This document shows positions 24,134-37,800 of a stretch of DNA of 64,000 bases, one piece after another. Source of the DNA: Yuukianura sp. NJ FZ-2021 (taxonomy: Eukaryota); assembly GCA_046563655.1 (NCBI GenBank), contig CM102289.1:3782001-3846000 (forward strand). Reading direction: 5' to 3'. Positions within the stretch are counted from its first letter, which is position 1. Every line of letters starts with the position of its first letter. The notes under the pieces are model-generated. The model was given only the letters and a program-made list of their open reading frames with translations, ran no database searches and was not told the DNA's origin. The translations under genes were made by a program, and so were the position numbers.

Positions 24134-27100
24134 CTAAATACTTCGTAAACTTAGCTGCCCGGTGTCTCCTGAATGGACGTGTATGTTTGTGCCAAGTGGA
24201 GAATTGTGTCCATTGCTTAAACCGTTTGACCCAGGGCTGTTGCCAGCCTTCTTCATCGAACCATTCAGATCCATTGGCTCTAAACCAATGTCTTTCTTCT
24301 CGTCATCGTCATCTCCACCTTGCGAATCCAGCTGAAACGGAAGTCAATAAAGTCAGATCCGTAATCACTTGAATAAGATACATTACTTTACTTACCGCTT
24401 TCAGCTCACTCTTCGAGAAGAACCTCGGAAGAACAAAGTAACGGAACGGAATAAGGAGGATGATGACAAACGGCAGAGCTAATGCTGCGGGTGATGCTTT
24501 CACAACCCATACAAGAGCCAGAAGGAGAGCTTGCACCATTGTATACATGTGCATCTTCCACGTCCGTACCTATGGATAATTCAGGATTGCATTACGATAA
24601 AAGTATATTGAATAGGTTCGTGTATGTTTTAATGTGAGAGCTACTACATTCTAAAATGAAAATCTTACGCGTTTAACAAATGGCACTTCTGGATAATTCT
24701 CGGCTTGCTTAAAAATTAGGCGAATTCTTTGGAGAAACTGAATTCCAGCCATTGAGGAAATGCCCATGTAGAGGAATACTCCAAATAAGACGGCCATTGG
24801 AATTAGGCTAAGCAGAGGCCCCATAAGGATTGAACATCCTAGAAGGACGCTCACCGCGAATGATGTAACGCGTTGTTCTGAAACAAGGAAATGTATCGAT
24901 ATGAGGCGGGTAGTTAAGGGTAGTGGACTCTACATACCGTAAACTAACCTTTGACTCCTATTAGAACAGGTTTCTCTCCAGGAGGATTGTTAGTTGAGTA
25001 CAATGTGAGAGCAACGACATGAGACACGGCACGTACGATTGCGGACGACACCCATGGGAGCCCCCAGAACCCCATGACGGTATTGATGAGGCACAGCACA
25101 AGGACATCCAAGTGATACCCGGAGCCTTTCCGTAGCCTATACTCCCGCTTTCCTACGATGAGTCTACAAAAAATAGACTTCATTTGATATACATTGTGTT
25201 GAAAAATCAGTTATCCGACAATCCTACCCGGCAATTGACGTTTCCAGAAATATGAGAATGTAGAGAAGGAAGGCTGGAATAATGGCTGCGTAAATCCAGG
25301 CCATTGGCAAGTCCAATGGCTGGATTATCCAGTCCCGCTTTGCAGGATTTGTGGTTTGCAATCCATTACTAATATCGGGAATGCTGAGCTTATCAGTCTC
25401 CGGATGGGGAATCAAGGCATCACAGGCACACATCACAACAATAGCTATCATCACTCCAAAATTTCCCAGCATTTTCCGCATCTGCAGAAAACAAAATTAT
25501 GTTGCAATTATTAACCATCTAAAATTTTAGCTCATATTCGTGCACTTACGGCTTTGTTCAAGTAAACTCCAGTTTTAAACTGACGAAAAAAGTAAGCAAT
25601 ATAAAATGTTCCGAGCATCAGGATTGTAGAAAGGAGAGCAACATTGGGACGCGGTCCGTCGGAATTAGTGCCGTCATCAGAGCTAGTTGAGCTGAGTACA
25701 AACTTTGCTATATCAATCAATTTAAATGTGCGTTTTGTACAGTTCTGTATTCTAATGTTGGTGCTTAACTTACTTGTAGGTTTCCATTAAAGGGTTTTCA
25801 CGATAAATCTGAGAATTTTTAGAAAAAACTGTAGTCATGCCGTATTACTGATCCGCTGATGTAAAATTAATGGTTTGTCGTGTACCTTCACCAGGCTGCT
25901 AAAACTCTCATAGATGAATACAAACGATATGAATACGGCCATAACTTCTTGTGTGAACCTCGTAAAGTAGCGAACGAGCACGCTTCCTTCAAAACAAGCC
26001 ACCAGAAGCCCAATCACGAAAATCCAAAACCCAATCCAGCTTCTTACAGCCAAAATTTCCTTTCCCTCAAGACCGCTACTTTTACAAAACTAAACAGACA
26101 ATGAACAGAAAAAAAAATTAAATTCCCCTCCAAGTAAGATGAAGCATCGATTACTCACATTAAACAGACTCTCATCAAAAACAAGAGTAGGGCCAGTAGC
26201 TCCGACAATTAGCAACGGCTGTCCAGCAAACAGCGAAAACAGGATTCCACCGACAAATCCTCCTACGAGAGTTTCAGTTATTCCGATGTATTCATCAGTT
26301 TTCACTTCTAATAAAACAAATAAAAAAAATAACATAGGAGTAAATACATGGCCATTAATTTCATTTGTGGTGTCTTACGGAGAAGATCTCCAAATGCGAC
26401 TGCGCCCGAGATACATGCGAAATACAGGAACACGACAGTGGCCAAGCATTGGACATTAAAACCATTCCGAATGTCCGACACATAGAGTGGATATCTTTTG
26501 CGAACTTCGTCAATCAAGCCTCCAAATAAGCGCCCTGTCCTAGTGAATCCCGGTCGCCGTTCGCGTGCTGGAAGTTTTGGTTGTAACTGAGGCGCACTGG
26601 TAGGATCCTTCTTCGCTGATTGTTGTAACCTGCGCCGTTGAGTGGCCTTGTTCTTTTCGCGTAGGTCATGCAAAGGAATGAGGTCATTGTCCCAGTCTCC
26701 ATGTGGTAGAACGATACAAGCGTCCAAAAAATCGTTGATTCCTTTCAGTAAATCGCGGCGCTCTTCGGCTTGATATGCCATCGAATGGAATTGCTACAGA
26801 AATAAATTCAGTTCGGATAAATTCAAAATTTTGTAATAATATTCTTAATAAATTGGGTTTAATTCATAAAAACTATAAATAACTTAAACTAAACTGCTAA
26901 TGATGGGCTTTAAAATTAAATATTTCTATGGATTTCAACTATGAAGTACAAATTTGAAAAAAGGCTTAGAAGCTCACGTGATTTGACATCAAGGTAGAAA
27001 TAGATCGTCCGATTTCTTTGTAGTCCAAATCTGCTGTACTTGGTCCCATCAAGATAAACAAAAACCGGACAGGGATCGGAACCTGAAAATAAAGATTAAA

Positions 27101-30100
27101 TTGTTATTAGTTATATCCAGAGGCCGGAAAATTAAGATAAATCTTTTTTAGGACTTTAAAATCTTTAAATTCTTTAAAAACTTTAAAAAATTATAAATTC
27201 TTTTTCGAAGATAAAATCTTTTAAAAATTAAGATCCATCTTTTTCGGCCAATTTCTTTAAATTTTGTAAGATTTTGACCAAATCTAGCCCAAAACCTGTT
27301 GTTCTGTTAAAATTTTTCCACGGTTTTTCATTGATCTTATGAAAACTCAGCTTCCACTAGTTTTTCATGCGCAAAATTGCATGTTCTGAAGGTCTTTTAC
27401 CCTCAACTCTTCATTTCTCGCCAATTGTTTTTGCAAATTACAAAGTATGAATAAGGAAAACACATTTTTACCTTGTTATATCAAATGATATTCTATAAAT
27501 TCCATGATTTTTGTAGTTTTTCAGAACTTTTTCGGGACTTTTTTGACTAATTTTTAAGAGATTTTAAAGTTCTTAAAACGGCTTTTTTTGGAACTTTCTT
27601 TTCCGGCCTTTGGTTATATCATATAATATCGTATTATATAATTCCTAATTCCTGAAAAATCAATGCAATGAGAATTCACCTCCGTAATGTTTGGCATATA
27701 AACACTTTCTGCCAGTCGGACAAATGCGATTGTCACTCCTTTCAAAGCGTCATCATTTCCGACTAAAACAATCGTTGCCTCGGAATTACTTGGAATCTGT
27801 CTCATCAGTGTTGACTCCTTCTCCATCCACTTTAAGTCCTCCTCGGATAGACCTGGCGTGATTTTGTTCAAATCCAGCTGAAATTAATTTTAGATACCAT
27901 TCGATTATGGATCTAGTTGATAAATTTCAAAATACTTAACGCATGCGCAGTATGACGAGTTTTTGTTGTACCTCTAAGTGAGACTGGCTACCTCCTGCAG
28001 AATTACGTCGACGACTACCGAATTCACGAATACTGGAACCTCGTGAATGCATTTGCGCTGGAACGGAGTTTTGTTGCTTAATTATGCCAGTTGGCTTTCC
28101 AGTTTGAGATTTGTGCTGAAACATTCCGGGGTCAACCGACTGCACGCTAGTAAGTCCCTTTCTGTAACTTCTATCCTCAAATACTGTCTAAACCAAAACA
28201 GTGTTCAATGTAGACGTAACTGAAATAACTTGAAATCATAGATGGCGTTGATTTTTACCTGTAAACTGGCATGGCTTTCAGAAGATCGCTTCATTGCTAA
28301 ATTCCATACTTTGGCACTCTCATTGACATGGCGATGTTTCAATAGGAGACTACGCAGGACGAGAGCTTTTTCCTCCATTAAAATTAGTTCGTTTGTTCCC
28401 ATTTGTTCCACGACGCGGTAAGCGACTCCAGGGAGGTCACGCTCCTCAAGGTCCAGCAGTACAACACCTACGGCAACAAAGAATTTATTGTTCCCCAAAT
28501 TCAAAATGATGCATTTTTACGTTCGAAATCAAATGAGTTTATAAACTTGCCTGTTTCGAGTAATCGTCGCAGATTGATTAAACTGTGAAAACTGAGTGAA
28601 GCAACATGGGGTTTTCCCCAACGGTCAGCGCCCTCTTCCAAATCCTCTTCATATTTGATCCATCGCGCAGCTTCTTGCCATTCCCTTTTCCCATCACGCC
28701 CCGTCAAAATGTCCAACTCCACAAATATCTACAAATTTTACAGACACTTTGTTAACATTTTGTTTTACACAGTTTTCCATTGTTTGTTAATAACTTCGTG
28801 CGGTTGATGATCGTATTTGCTCTGTTTAGGAACTTCGACATCTTCTTCCAACGGTTGTTCTTTCAATCCAAATTTATGCCTGCGGAAACCCTTCGAATTG
28901 TCAAAACGGTGACCTATTGTGGCACAATAAATTTTTTTTTTTAAATCTCAATTACATGGACATGCAAGATACATGCGTGAAAAAAATGTTTAGGACCGGG
29001 ATCTCTGAGATGGTTTTAACAAGGAACAAGCATTTTTCTGCACTTAAGCCAATGAAAATTTAGAATTGATACGGCACAGCACTTACTGCTGAGTTCATCT
29101 TTGTCAATTTCGGACAAATCTCCAACGTCATGTCCTTGCAGAAGCGGTACTTCGGCAGCATCTCTGACGTGTCCAGGACGCATGCGCAGTTGTGGATCCT
29201 CCACAATTGGCACCCTAAATTGACATAAAATTCAAACCAAAAGTTACAATTTGGAACCCTGTAACTATTGGAATTTGGAAAACAAAATTCACGATACCTG
29301 TAACGTTTTTTATCGCTACTTCCTGGAAACTCATCCACGGGGAAAGGTGATCCACCTACTTCAAATTGTACTTTCTTGAGGCTGGATTCAATTAGATCTT
29401 GATAGTCGGCAGACGGTGAGCTTGGAATTGTAATACTGGAGCTACGAATTTAAAAAAATTCATTGTTCTGAAGTTTATTCGCTTTAGTAGACGTTTGTTT
29501 TACTTTATTATCCTAGCATATGCAGAATATGTGTTACTCGCCTCGGGTTTAATGGAATTTGGATGGGCGACGACTCAGGTCTGATACTTTGTGGGTGAAT
29601 ATCGTCGGCGGGCGGAGATCCTTCAATTGCTGGAACGGATGGAACTAATGAAAGCTTCTTTTTGCTACTGCGTGCCAAAATTGGTCGAAGCGGATGATGC
29701 GTTTGTGGAAAGTCCTCAGTCCGGTGAGCTATAAATTTGGAAATGATGTTATGCCTGAAATTCATATCTCAACAACAGATTTTAGGTGTAGTACGCTTCG
29801 ATTTCAAATCCACGTCTTACATTGAAAATCTCGTTCATCGTAATACTTTGCATCTACTAGAACCGCACTTAAATCGTCCCCAGTATTGTCAAGCAGGGTT
29901 ATGTCAAATTTTTCTTGTGCTTGTGCTGTGCTTGAGTCCATGTGATGCGGTGCCACTGGAGTCGAAAACTCTTCCAACATTTCCTCTAGGCAGGATAACC
30001 TTCTTGACTCTTCTGGCACACCCTGGAAACAAAATTATATTAAAATAGCATAACACTTTTTAAATCCTATGGAAAGTAATAGTACTTACCGGATTTGATG

Positions 30101-30182
30101 TCCAAGGGAGGGCATGAGTGACTTGGGTAGGCGTCCCGACGGGGTTTTCGTGAAGGTCACTGGCGTCTTTTGAGGGGTCCAT
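24134..30182 (-). CDS. SLC4 family Cl-/HCO3- anion exchanger (band 3/AE2-like), 21 coding exons
   Basis: Band-3 cytoplasmic motifs [34 protein letters not shown] and [34 protein letters not shown]; transmembrane motifs [50 protein letters not shown]. Exons: 30182-30090, 30022-29821, 29728-29542, 29441-29298, 29214-29087, 28913-28795, 28728-28551, 28467-28259, 28187-27972, 27877-27680, 27082-26978, 26793-26379, 26307-26159, 26089-25886, 25808-25774, 25691-25550, 25481-25228, 25163-24949, 24877-24669, 24569-24396, 24331-24134. Confidence 0.95.
27118..27612. mobile_element. MITE with perfect 8-bp TSD, inserted in an SLC4 intron (hAT- or P-like)
   Basis: TIR CAGAGGCCGGAAAA (27118-27131) versus TTTTCCGGCCTTTG (27599-27612), 13/14 match. 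Perfect TSD gttatatc at 27110-27117 and 27613-27620. AT-rich interior with tctttaaa-like repeats. Confidence 0.9.
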
Positions 30183-33100
30183 TTTGGAACTGGCCTCGGG
30201 TAAAAATTTCGCGATTGAGCTTCTTCACAGTTTTTGTGTTGCTCTAGTGGGAGAAAAGAAAAGCCATTACTCTGGTATGTGGGAAAACGTTGCGTAATAA
30301 ACGCCCCATTGTGCCTTTCATTGTATTTAACAACTTTCGGTGGGAGCCAGGAGGAATCACATACTAAAAAGCTTCGTGGGAATCGTTAAACGATTCTCTT
30401 CTTCAATGGAATTTCTGAGGAGCGGTGAGAGTATTGTTAAGATCTTTTGCTTTTCACTGTTTGCAAAAATTGCCCTTAGCGGAATACCAACAACAATGTT
30501 CAGAAATAAATTTTTGCATCGAGAGACTGACTCAAGTTGGTGATGGGTTAAGAAATTCAGTCACTAGATAAATTCCAACAAAAATACTCAACAAATATGT
30601 CTCATCCACAAAACAAATATTTTTAATTGTAGATTTTACGAGTGCTTCTTAGAATATAAAATTTTTTATTTGCTCATACAGAAACTATGCTTTTTATTTG
30701 ATTCTGTGCTTCCATTATAATGAAAGGCGTAAAATTGGAAGTTACCGGCAATTTACATCTCGGCCACTGAAATTCGACTGATCTTTGTTTTTTTTTGTGT
30801 GTAATAGCAAATACTACTAAAGCAATACAGTCAACCTAACCACCTAAATTGGTTAATTTTTAATAAAGTATTGAATTATTTGAAAATTCAACATCCCAAT
30901 ATTGCGCTGAAGTGAAGTGTTTCTTAAAAAACTGAAGTGTTTGACTGAACTTTTGAAGTGTTTGAATCATAAAGTGATTGAATTTCCTTGTTTAATTTAG
31001 GAATGCTGAAGAGGAATGTTTTTGCAGTCCAAATTGCCAAGAAAAACTCTTAAGTACCTCAGCAGAAAATTGAGTCCTTGACAACACTATGAAAAAAATG
31101 TTGTTTTTCCTAAGCTGTCGATATTAAAAAGTCATTACGTTATTGAATTTGACGATGATTTGATTGCTTTTCAAAGGAATTTATTTTGGAAGTGCACTTT
31201 TATTTACTTTCCAGACAACAAATGAAGATCAAACGTCAAGTACGGATTTTCAACAAAACGTAACTTCGTAGTAACAATGTTTGCTGGAAATGGGCTAACC
31301 TAACTTTTTAGGGAGTGATGCTGACAATGTTTCGACCTTTGAAAATACAAAAGTAATTCACACTTAAATACGGCATGAAACAAGCATGAATTTAAGCTGC
31401 AAGGAATTGCGTTGTATTTGTACTGTGGTCAAACGGAGATTCGTTACGCTTTTTGCTTCAGATGCCCAATCATTAAAATCGAAAACGAACAAAATTTCAA
31501 TAAAATTAGAAAATTTAAGCAACTGAACACTCTTAATTAGGTAATCTGAGTGTAAACAAAGTTGTCGTGAAGTCCAATTCGGAAAATACTGCTTTTCCCT
31601 GATTAAATGAAGTACGTGTAACATAAGTCCTTGTAAAATTTGCAAAGAGTTAATAATACATTTAGCGTGTTCGAAGTAGCGTGTTGAAAATTTGACACTT
31701 CGCGTGCTAACTTCTAAAGTTGTCAAAACTGGAAATAACCGGATTGTTAGTTTGTCCGTTCTAATATAAATTTCCAGTTTTAGCGTTTCGCCAGGTAGCG
31801 ATTTTGAACTTTTTCAGTGAAATGCGACTGATTCGGTTAATTTGAGTGGCAGGCTAGAAAATGACTGGATCATTAACTGACACGATCTTTAACTACTTAG
31901 GGAAGTTTTTATCGTCTGCCGATCCTACAATAATAGTGCATCAAATCAATGTATCAAAAGGCGTTTAAAATTGCACTAACGTAGCTGAATGCTAGCAAAA
32001 TTAAAACTTTCAACTGCGTAAACATAGCTGCTTATGCATATATATTCACTCAAACTGAAAAAAATGCATTGTTTACAATTTCATTAGTTTACAGCTATAC
32101 AGAAGAACCAAACAAAAGACTTCTCGTGATTCTATTTTTATTTGTCATAACGTGAGAAAAACTCAAACTTTTATTCATCGTTAATGAATTCACGGAATTA
32201 AGCTGCACTTTAATTCGCAATCAAACCAGTGTAGCAAACGTAGGAATTTAACTACTCTCAAGCATAATTCCAGTTGTGTTCAACTTTGACCTTGAGCTTA
32301 ACAAGAGCAACACTTGTAGTTAGTTACTCCATTCAGTTAATTCCTGACTGTAGATATTTTTAAATTCTTGAATTGGTTTAAGTGACATTACTACATGTTC
32401 ATTTGTTTGCGCAAAAATGTGTCACACTTCGTCTTTGTGGCTGGGTGCCGAACCTAACTGCTTTCGTGTTTGTTTAAAAGCGACGCGTTGCCTTAATCAG
32501 TATTCTTCCTTTGACAACCGGTTAAGCACAAGCCGTGCCAATTTAACTGCTGGATTAATCCGAACAAATCTGGATTTCCTTTCAGTTTTAATTAAATTCA
32601 AAAGCCTAAATTGTTCTGTTAAGTGATGCTGTGGAGTGACGACCTTGTCATCAGTTGTCATGCTCTGACACACTTATTCACACGATCTAAACTGCTATAA
32701 TTGTATACATTCTATTTTCACCTTAAGACGAAGGCCGTATGGCATTATTGCTTCTTTTTCAGGTGCATTGAAGAAGTTGCTTAACTTTTTGTTAGACATA
32801 AGATATGATTAGAAACCTAAAATGGAATAAGGCTTTCCTTAATTTCTCCATTTAGGAACAAAACCACACAGTTTCCAATTAAGACCAAGGTCAGTCGGGA
32901 CTGCACTTTAAAATTTATGTGGCGGAGTCAATTCAAATAATTATGCATACTTGTCAAACTACGTTCATCGCAGTGACTGGTTTGGTTATGTAATACGGTT
33001 TTTGTGGGAACAATGTGTGCTTTCTGACTTAAAATTCACAGCAATTATACATTTTTTTAAAAAGAAATTTACAACTAGTTCCTCCACCTCGAAAAAAGTT

Positions 33101-34841
33101 TAGTGCAAAAAAAAAAACAATAGGTGTAGGACAAAATAATTTTTTGAGAAAACGGACGCCTCAAATTAGTTAAAAATATCGCGTATTAAATTCACTCGAT
33201 TTTTTGAAACTCACCTTTAAACAAAAGATTTTTGTGTAGATTGATCACCCTGGAATAGTAGGTGACAGCGTCATGATGTTCTTCGTAAAAAAAATTGTGA
33301 TTATACGTTTAAACTTTTTGAAAAATCGCGGGTTTTCGAAGATCACTAACAGCTGATGCGGTGCTCTCAAGTTGAGTAAGGGTTTGATAAGAATTCGGAT
33401 AGAAGTCCGGGCGTTTTCGCAAGAGGACGGTCGGACAGGAAACGAAGTTGGTGTGGTTTTACTTCTGCGGTTGTCTAAACGCAACTGAGGGAGTAAAAAC
33501 ATGACATGAGTGAATCAGAATTCAGAAGAGATGATGTGATGCAAAGAACATGTATCTTAGGCACATCAAAATCATTTTCGTTGATTGAACACAAGTGGGC
33601 CATTGGCAGTGCAGCGGCCGCCGCGGTGCCGTCCCCGAGGCGAAGAAGACTTGACGTTCGCTGTTCAAAAATCCCTCCTTCCCCACTTCATATTGAATGT
33701 GTGAAGTAAGAGGTTTAAAGACGAAAAGACTTGCTGATTCACTTTCACCAATTAGTGCTCTTCCATGTTCTTCTTGCCTACTACAAAAGTAAATGCGAAG
33801 TCCTTGATGGAATTAGACTTGTGAACAAACAGTACGCAATTTGCGCTCATTTTGACACTTAAGAATGAGATTGCTTTGGAATTACAACTTGTGTAAAGGT
33901 TGACGCATGCAAGAAAAACGTAATAAGTTTGCTTTGGCATGTTTAAATGTTTATCTATGCGTCCTTGTGTCTTGTCTTGTGCAAAAGGTGTTTACTTTGT
34001 TGGTAGAAATTGTTATCCAGTATAAGGTGTTAATGCCATATTTAGTTTATGCGATGTTCTGACAATTAGGAGGTTCATGGTTATCATTTCTGTGAAAATT
34101 GTTTTATCTTACGTTTATTCTAAACGTCAATTTGTATTGAAATGGAACAATGCAAAAGAGTCTCTTGTAAGTACTGTACACCAACTCAAGGACAAACCAT
34201 TTACTGCGTCTAGGTCAAGTATATAATTTCACGCTCAACATTAGAGAACTTTTGACCGAATGGTTAAAAGTAATGTTACTTACTGCGTACAAGAAGATAT
34301 GTTCTGGTGTTGAGTACATTCTGACATATGTCACATATATACTCAAGGTGAGAACACTGTCGCGTACGGCGTTTTACATGGTCAGAGACTTAATATGTTA
34401 CATTGCTGTAACCTGCATTATTTGGTTTATTCAAAATTATCTACTGTACATTTGACAACATAAATGTAACATGCATCCAATATATTTTTCATACATGCTC
34501 AAGAGTTGTTGTGAGTTATACTGATGAAGCTTCACAGGACACAGGATCCATATTTGTCCTTCCTATGCAACTTCTCTACACAACTATTGGAACGTTTACT
34601 TCAAGATTATGTAACTGACAGATAACTATTGAGTTCAAAGTGCGACAAAATTTTCGGAACTATTGTAATGTACAAAAGTATTTCGACTATTCAATCCCTT
34701 TCTAATGACAATGTAATGTAAGGATATTACAAGTAATTTTTAATCTAGGTTGTACCGAGAGGAAACAGGCTAAAGATTTTTTCAATGTATACAGATTCAA
34801 GTAAAAAGGTGATGGAATGCTGCAGTCGGGAAATCACGCAT

Positions 34842-37800
34842 TCACTCTATTGAGTCTGCGTGTTGGGTAATTGGTTTCTTCTGATCCTTAAGCGGAGCGT
34901 CAATCTTTAGAACGTTTGGTTTATCGGGTGACTCTGGCGACATAACCATGGAGTATCTCTCGGGATGAATAAGTTCGAGGTAAAGATCTGACTGTAGGAA
35001 CCGAATGTATGCGTCTGCCTCCAGAATTCCTTGAATTTTCTTCTGAGCTTGGTCAAACGTATTGTAATCCGGTTGCGACAATGTAGCTGAAGTGATCAGT
35101 ACATCTCTGGTTGCAGAATCAAGATTCACCTAATGTACAAAAAGAAATTCTCTCAAAATATTAGTATTCAATGGCCAATTCTTTTGCAAAAAGTTGCCTG
35201 TAAGTAATTTTACCTCTCGTGGAGATTGACTGAGGACAAATTCGTTAATGATTTTCTGTGCTTTTGAGGGAAGCTTGCGTTCTCGAGCTTTTCGATATTG
35301 CTCAACTGCGATCCAGAACTCAATATTTTCATGACTGAATTCACGACGAAGGAAAGCTTTAAAAAGACACTGGCCATCTGAAAGTTAGTTCAACAAAAAT
35401 TGGTTGGAAAGTAAGTTACGGCATTTGCGAAATTGAAAATACGCCTCCAACAACCTATTATTATCCTTACATTTCGAGATCATAAGATTCTGGAATGACT
35501 CCGCCCACTTCCTGGCTTCTTCTGGAGTGGGTCTAATTGACGGTGGCGAAATTTGACCTTCGGTGTGCCTCCGCTTCAAGAAGCCCAAACCAAATTTCAT
35601 TTCCATTCCCCTGCAATAATAAAATCGAAAACCGTTTATTCAATACCTTTTGAACAAAAAAAGTCAAATGGGTGTTGCTCAAGCATTCATGAAAAGTTGT
35701 CATAATAGTAAAGCGCAACAGCCCTGAAACTACATCTGAAACTAGTACCTTCAAAGGTAATGCTTTCCAACAAACTCTAAATTTAATTCTAATTAATTCT
35801 TACGTTAAGATTTTACTCAATTTTTTTTTGAATGACAACAAAACACATGAATAGTTAAAACATTCTCTGCAAGTAAAAATTTGCTTCGCGGTAGAGCGAT
35901 TTTTAAACAGCTAAAGCTTCGCTCAGGATTACGCTAAGAAGTGGCATCAAACATTGCCAAATCTCACAAAAATCAGTATACGATTTTGAAAATGTTGTGT
36001 TATGTTGTATATGCCCAATCGTTCATTAATTACATACATGTATAATAGTAGTAACAGAAATCGGGTGTATCGATAGTGTGGTTTGTTCAATGTTAAATTA
36101 ACTGTGTTTTAAGATGTTTAAACAAAAGTTGTATACTTATAACAACTAAATCGTTGACAAGAAATTTAGAAGTGAAAACGTTATTTCAAAATTTTTATTT
36201 TGCAGATTTTTTCTTACTTTTTTTTATAACCAAAATTCTGGTGGCACCAAAATATTACCTTTGAAAAAAATGTTTAAACGATTTTTTTGGCTGGACTTCG
36301 GCTTCTTCGTCTTGATCTTCAGACGTATACGAATCGTCTGTAGCGTAACTATTATTTTCAAGAACAACAGGCAGACCGAGGTTGTCCAGCATTTTGTTAC
36401 TTTGGCTTTTCGTGCTTCGAATTTCGTTGTCTTCAAATGTATTTGGAACAACCATTTTCGACAGTTAGAATAAATGTAGAATTAAGAAATCGTCCCTAGT
36501 TGAGTCTTTTTTCGGTTTGGTTTCAACTGTGTGTGCCTTCTAGACTGAATTGGTCTCTGTAAGAATGTTCACCGGTGTCAATGAAACAGTACGAAGCAAC
36601 CTGGGCCTTAAACCTGAACTGCTAGACGTTTTGGTGTAAGCGGAATCGGTTCTGAACGTAGACTGGAAGACTTTTCCTTTCAACGTTCCCTTTTTACTTT
36701 CCCGGAGAATACCTCCAGCAAAATTTCTGACTTTCTCCACTTTCTCTACCTATGCGTTTTTCGCGCGACAGATTTTGTTAGCCCCGCTTTGTATTATAGA
36801 AAGACCTTCAGCTAAAGTTTAAATCTAAATTTAGTCTGCATAAGAACAATTGAAACGAAATTTGAAATTTCGTCACTAGCATAACTAGATGTGAATTGAA
36901 AACTTACAAATCAGGTTTCCATTTCAATTTCTTTCGATTATTTAAAACCGTTTTTGTATACTAGTATTACCGATCTGACTAACCTCAACTTGCACTAGGA
37001 AGAAAGGAAATATTTTTCTTTAAGCAAAAACATAATCCCACGGGATTTTTTTGATGCAAAACATATTATAGTATGTTGGATTCAAGAAACATGCAGAAAT
37101 TTGATTTGGACTTACCCCTTGACTTTCCATTTATTGCTACTCGAATCTTTGTCAATGTCCGAAGAGCTCCTAGGTCTATCAAATGACGAGTTTGGACTTG
37201 GATCCCTGGGGACCTTTGATCCGGAAGCAGTTCGGCATCTTTCTCCATTTTTCTGTGTTAAAGAAGGAATTAACTTCAATACGATCAATCATTGTAGTCG
37301 TTACAAGTCGAAGTATACATTTGGGGTGAGAATTCAAAATATATTTTAGAAATTACTTTGCAACATCCAGTCTGAGTATACATAGTAAAGATTTTACAAT
37401 AAAAATGTGAGAGTAAACTGAAAAAGGCCAAAATTAGGCCGATTTTTCAGCAATAACCATGCAATTCTAACAGATGGATTTATAGTTTGTCTGTTTTTAG
37501 ATGGCATTTTTGCTTTTGTCGTTGTTTTGCTTCCATTGCGACGCTTATGCAAAAACTTCAAATACTACACTTTCAAATTTTTCAAAAACTTTGTCCATTT
37601 ACTTTGCTGTGAAAATTTCACAAAGTTGATAATTTTTGTTTACGCGGTCAATAAGGCCACCAAGTTTTTTCAAATTTGAAAAGTGCCTTCTAAAAATAAA
37701 CTGTAGTCATTCCTGGAATCTGCGGATTCAAAGTCCCCAAAGAAGGTAAAATGACAAAGAACTAATTTTGTTCGGCCCAGGGGAGGCCTTTGCTAGCTTT

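Noticed and set aside
33245..33502. 85-aa minus-strand ORF upstream of SLC4
   Set aside because: Probably a 5' UTR exon (donor near 33214) holding at most a short uORF; no coding signature.
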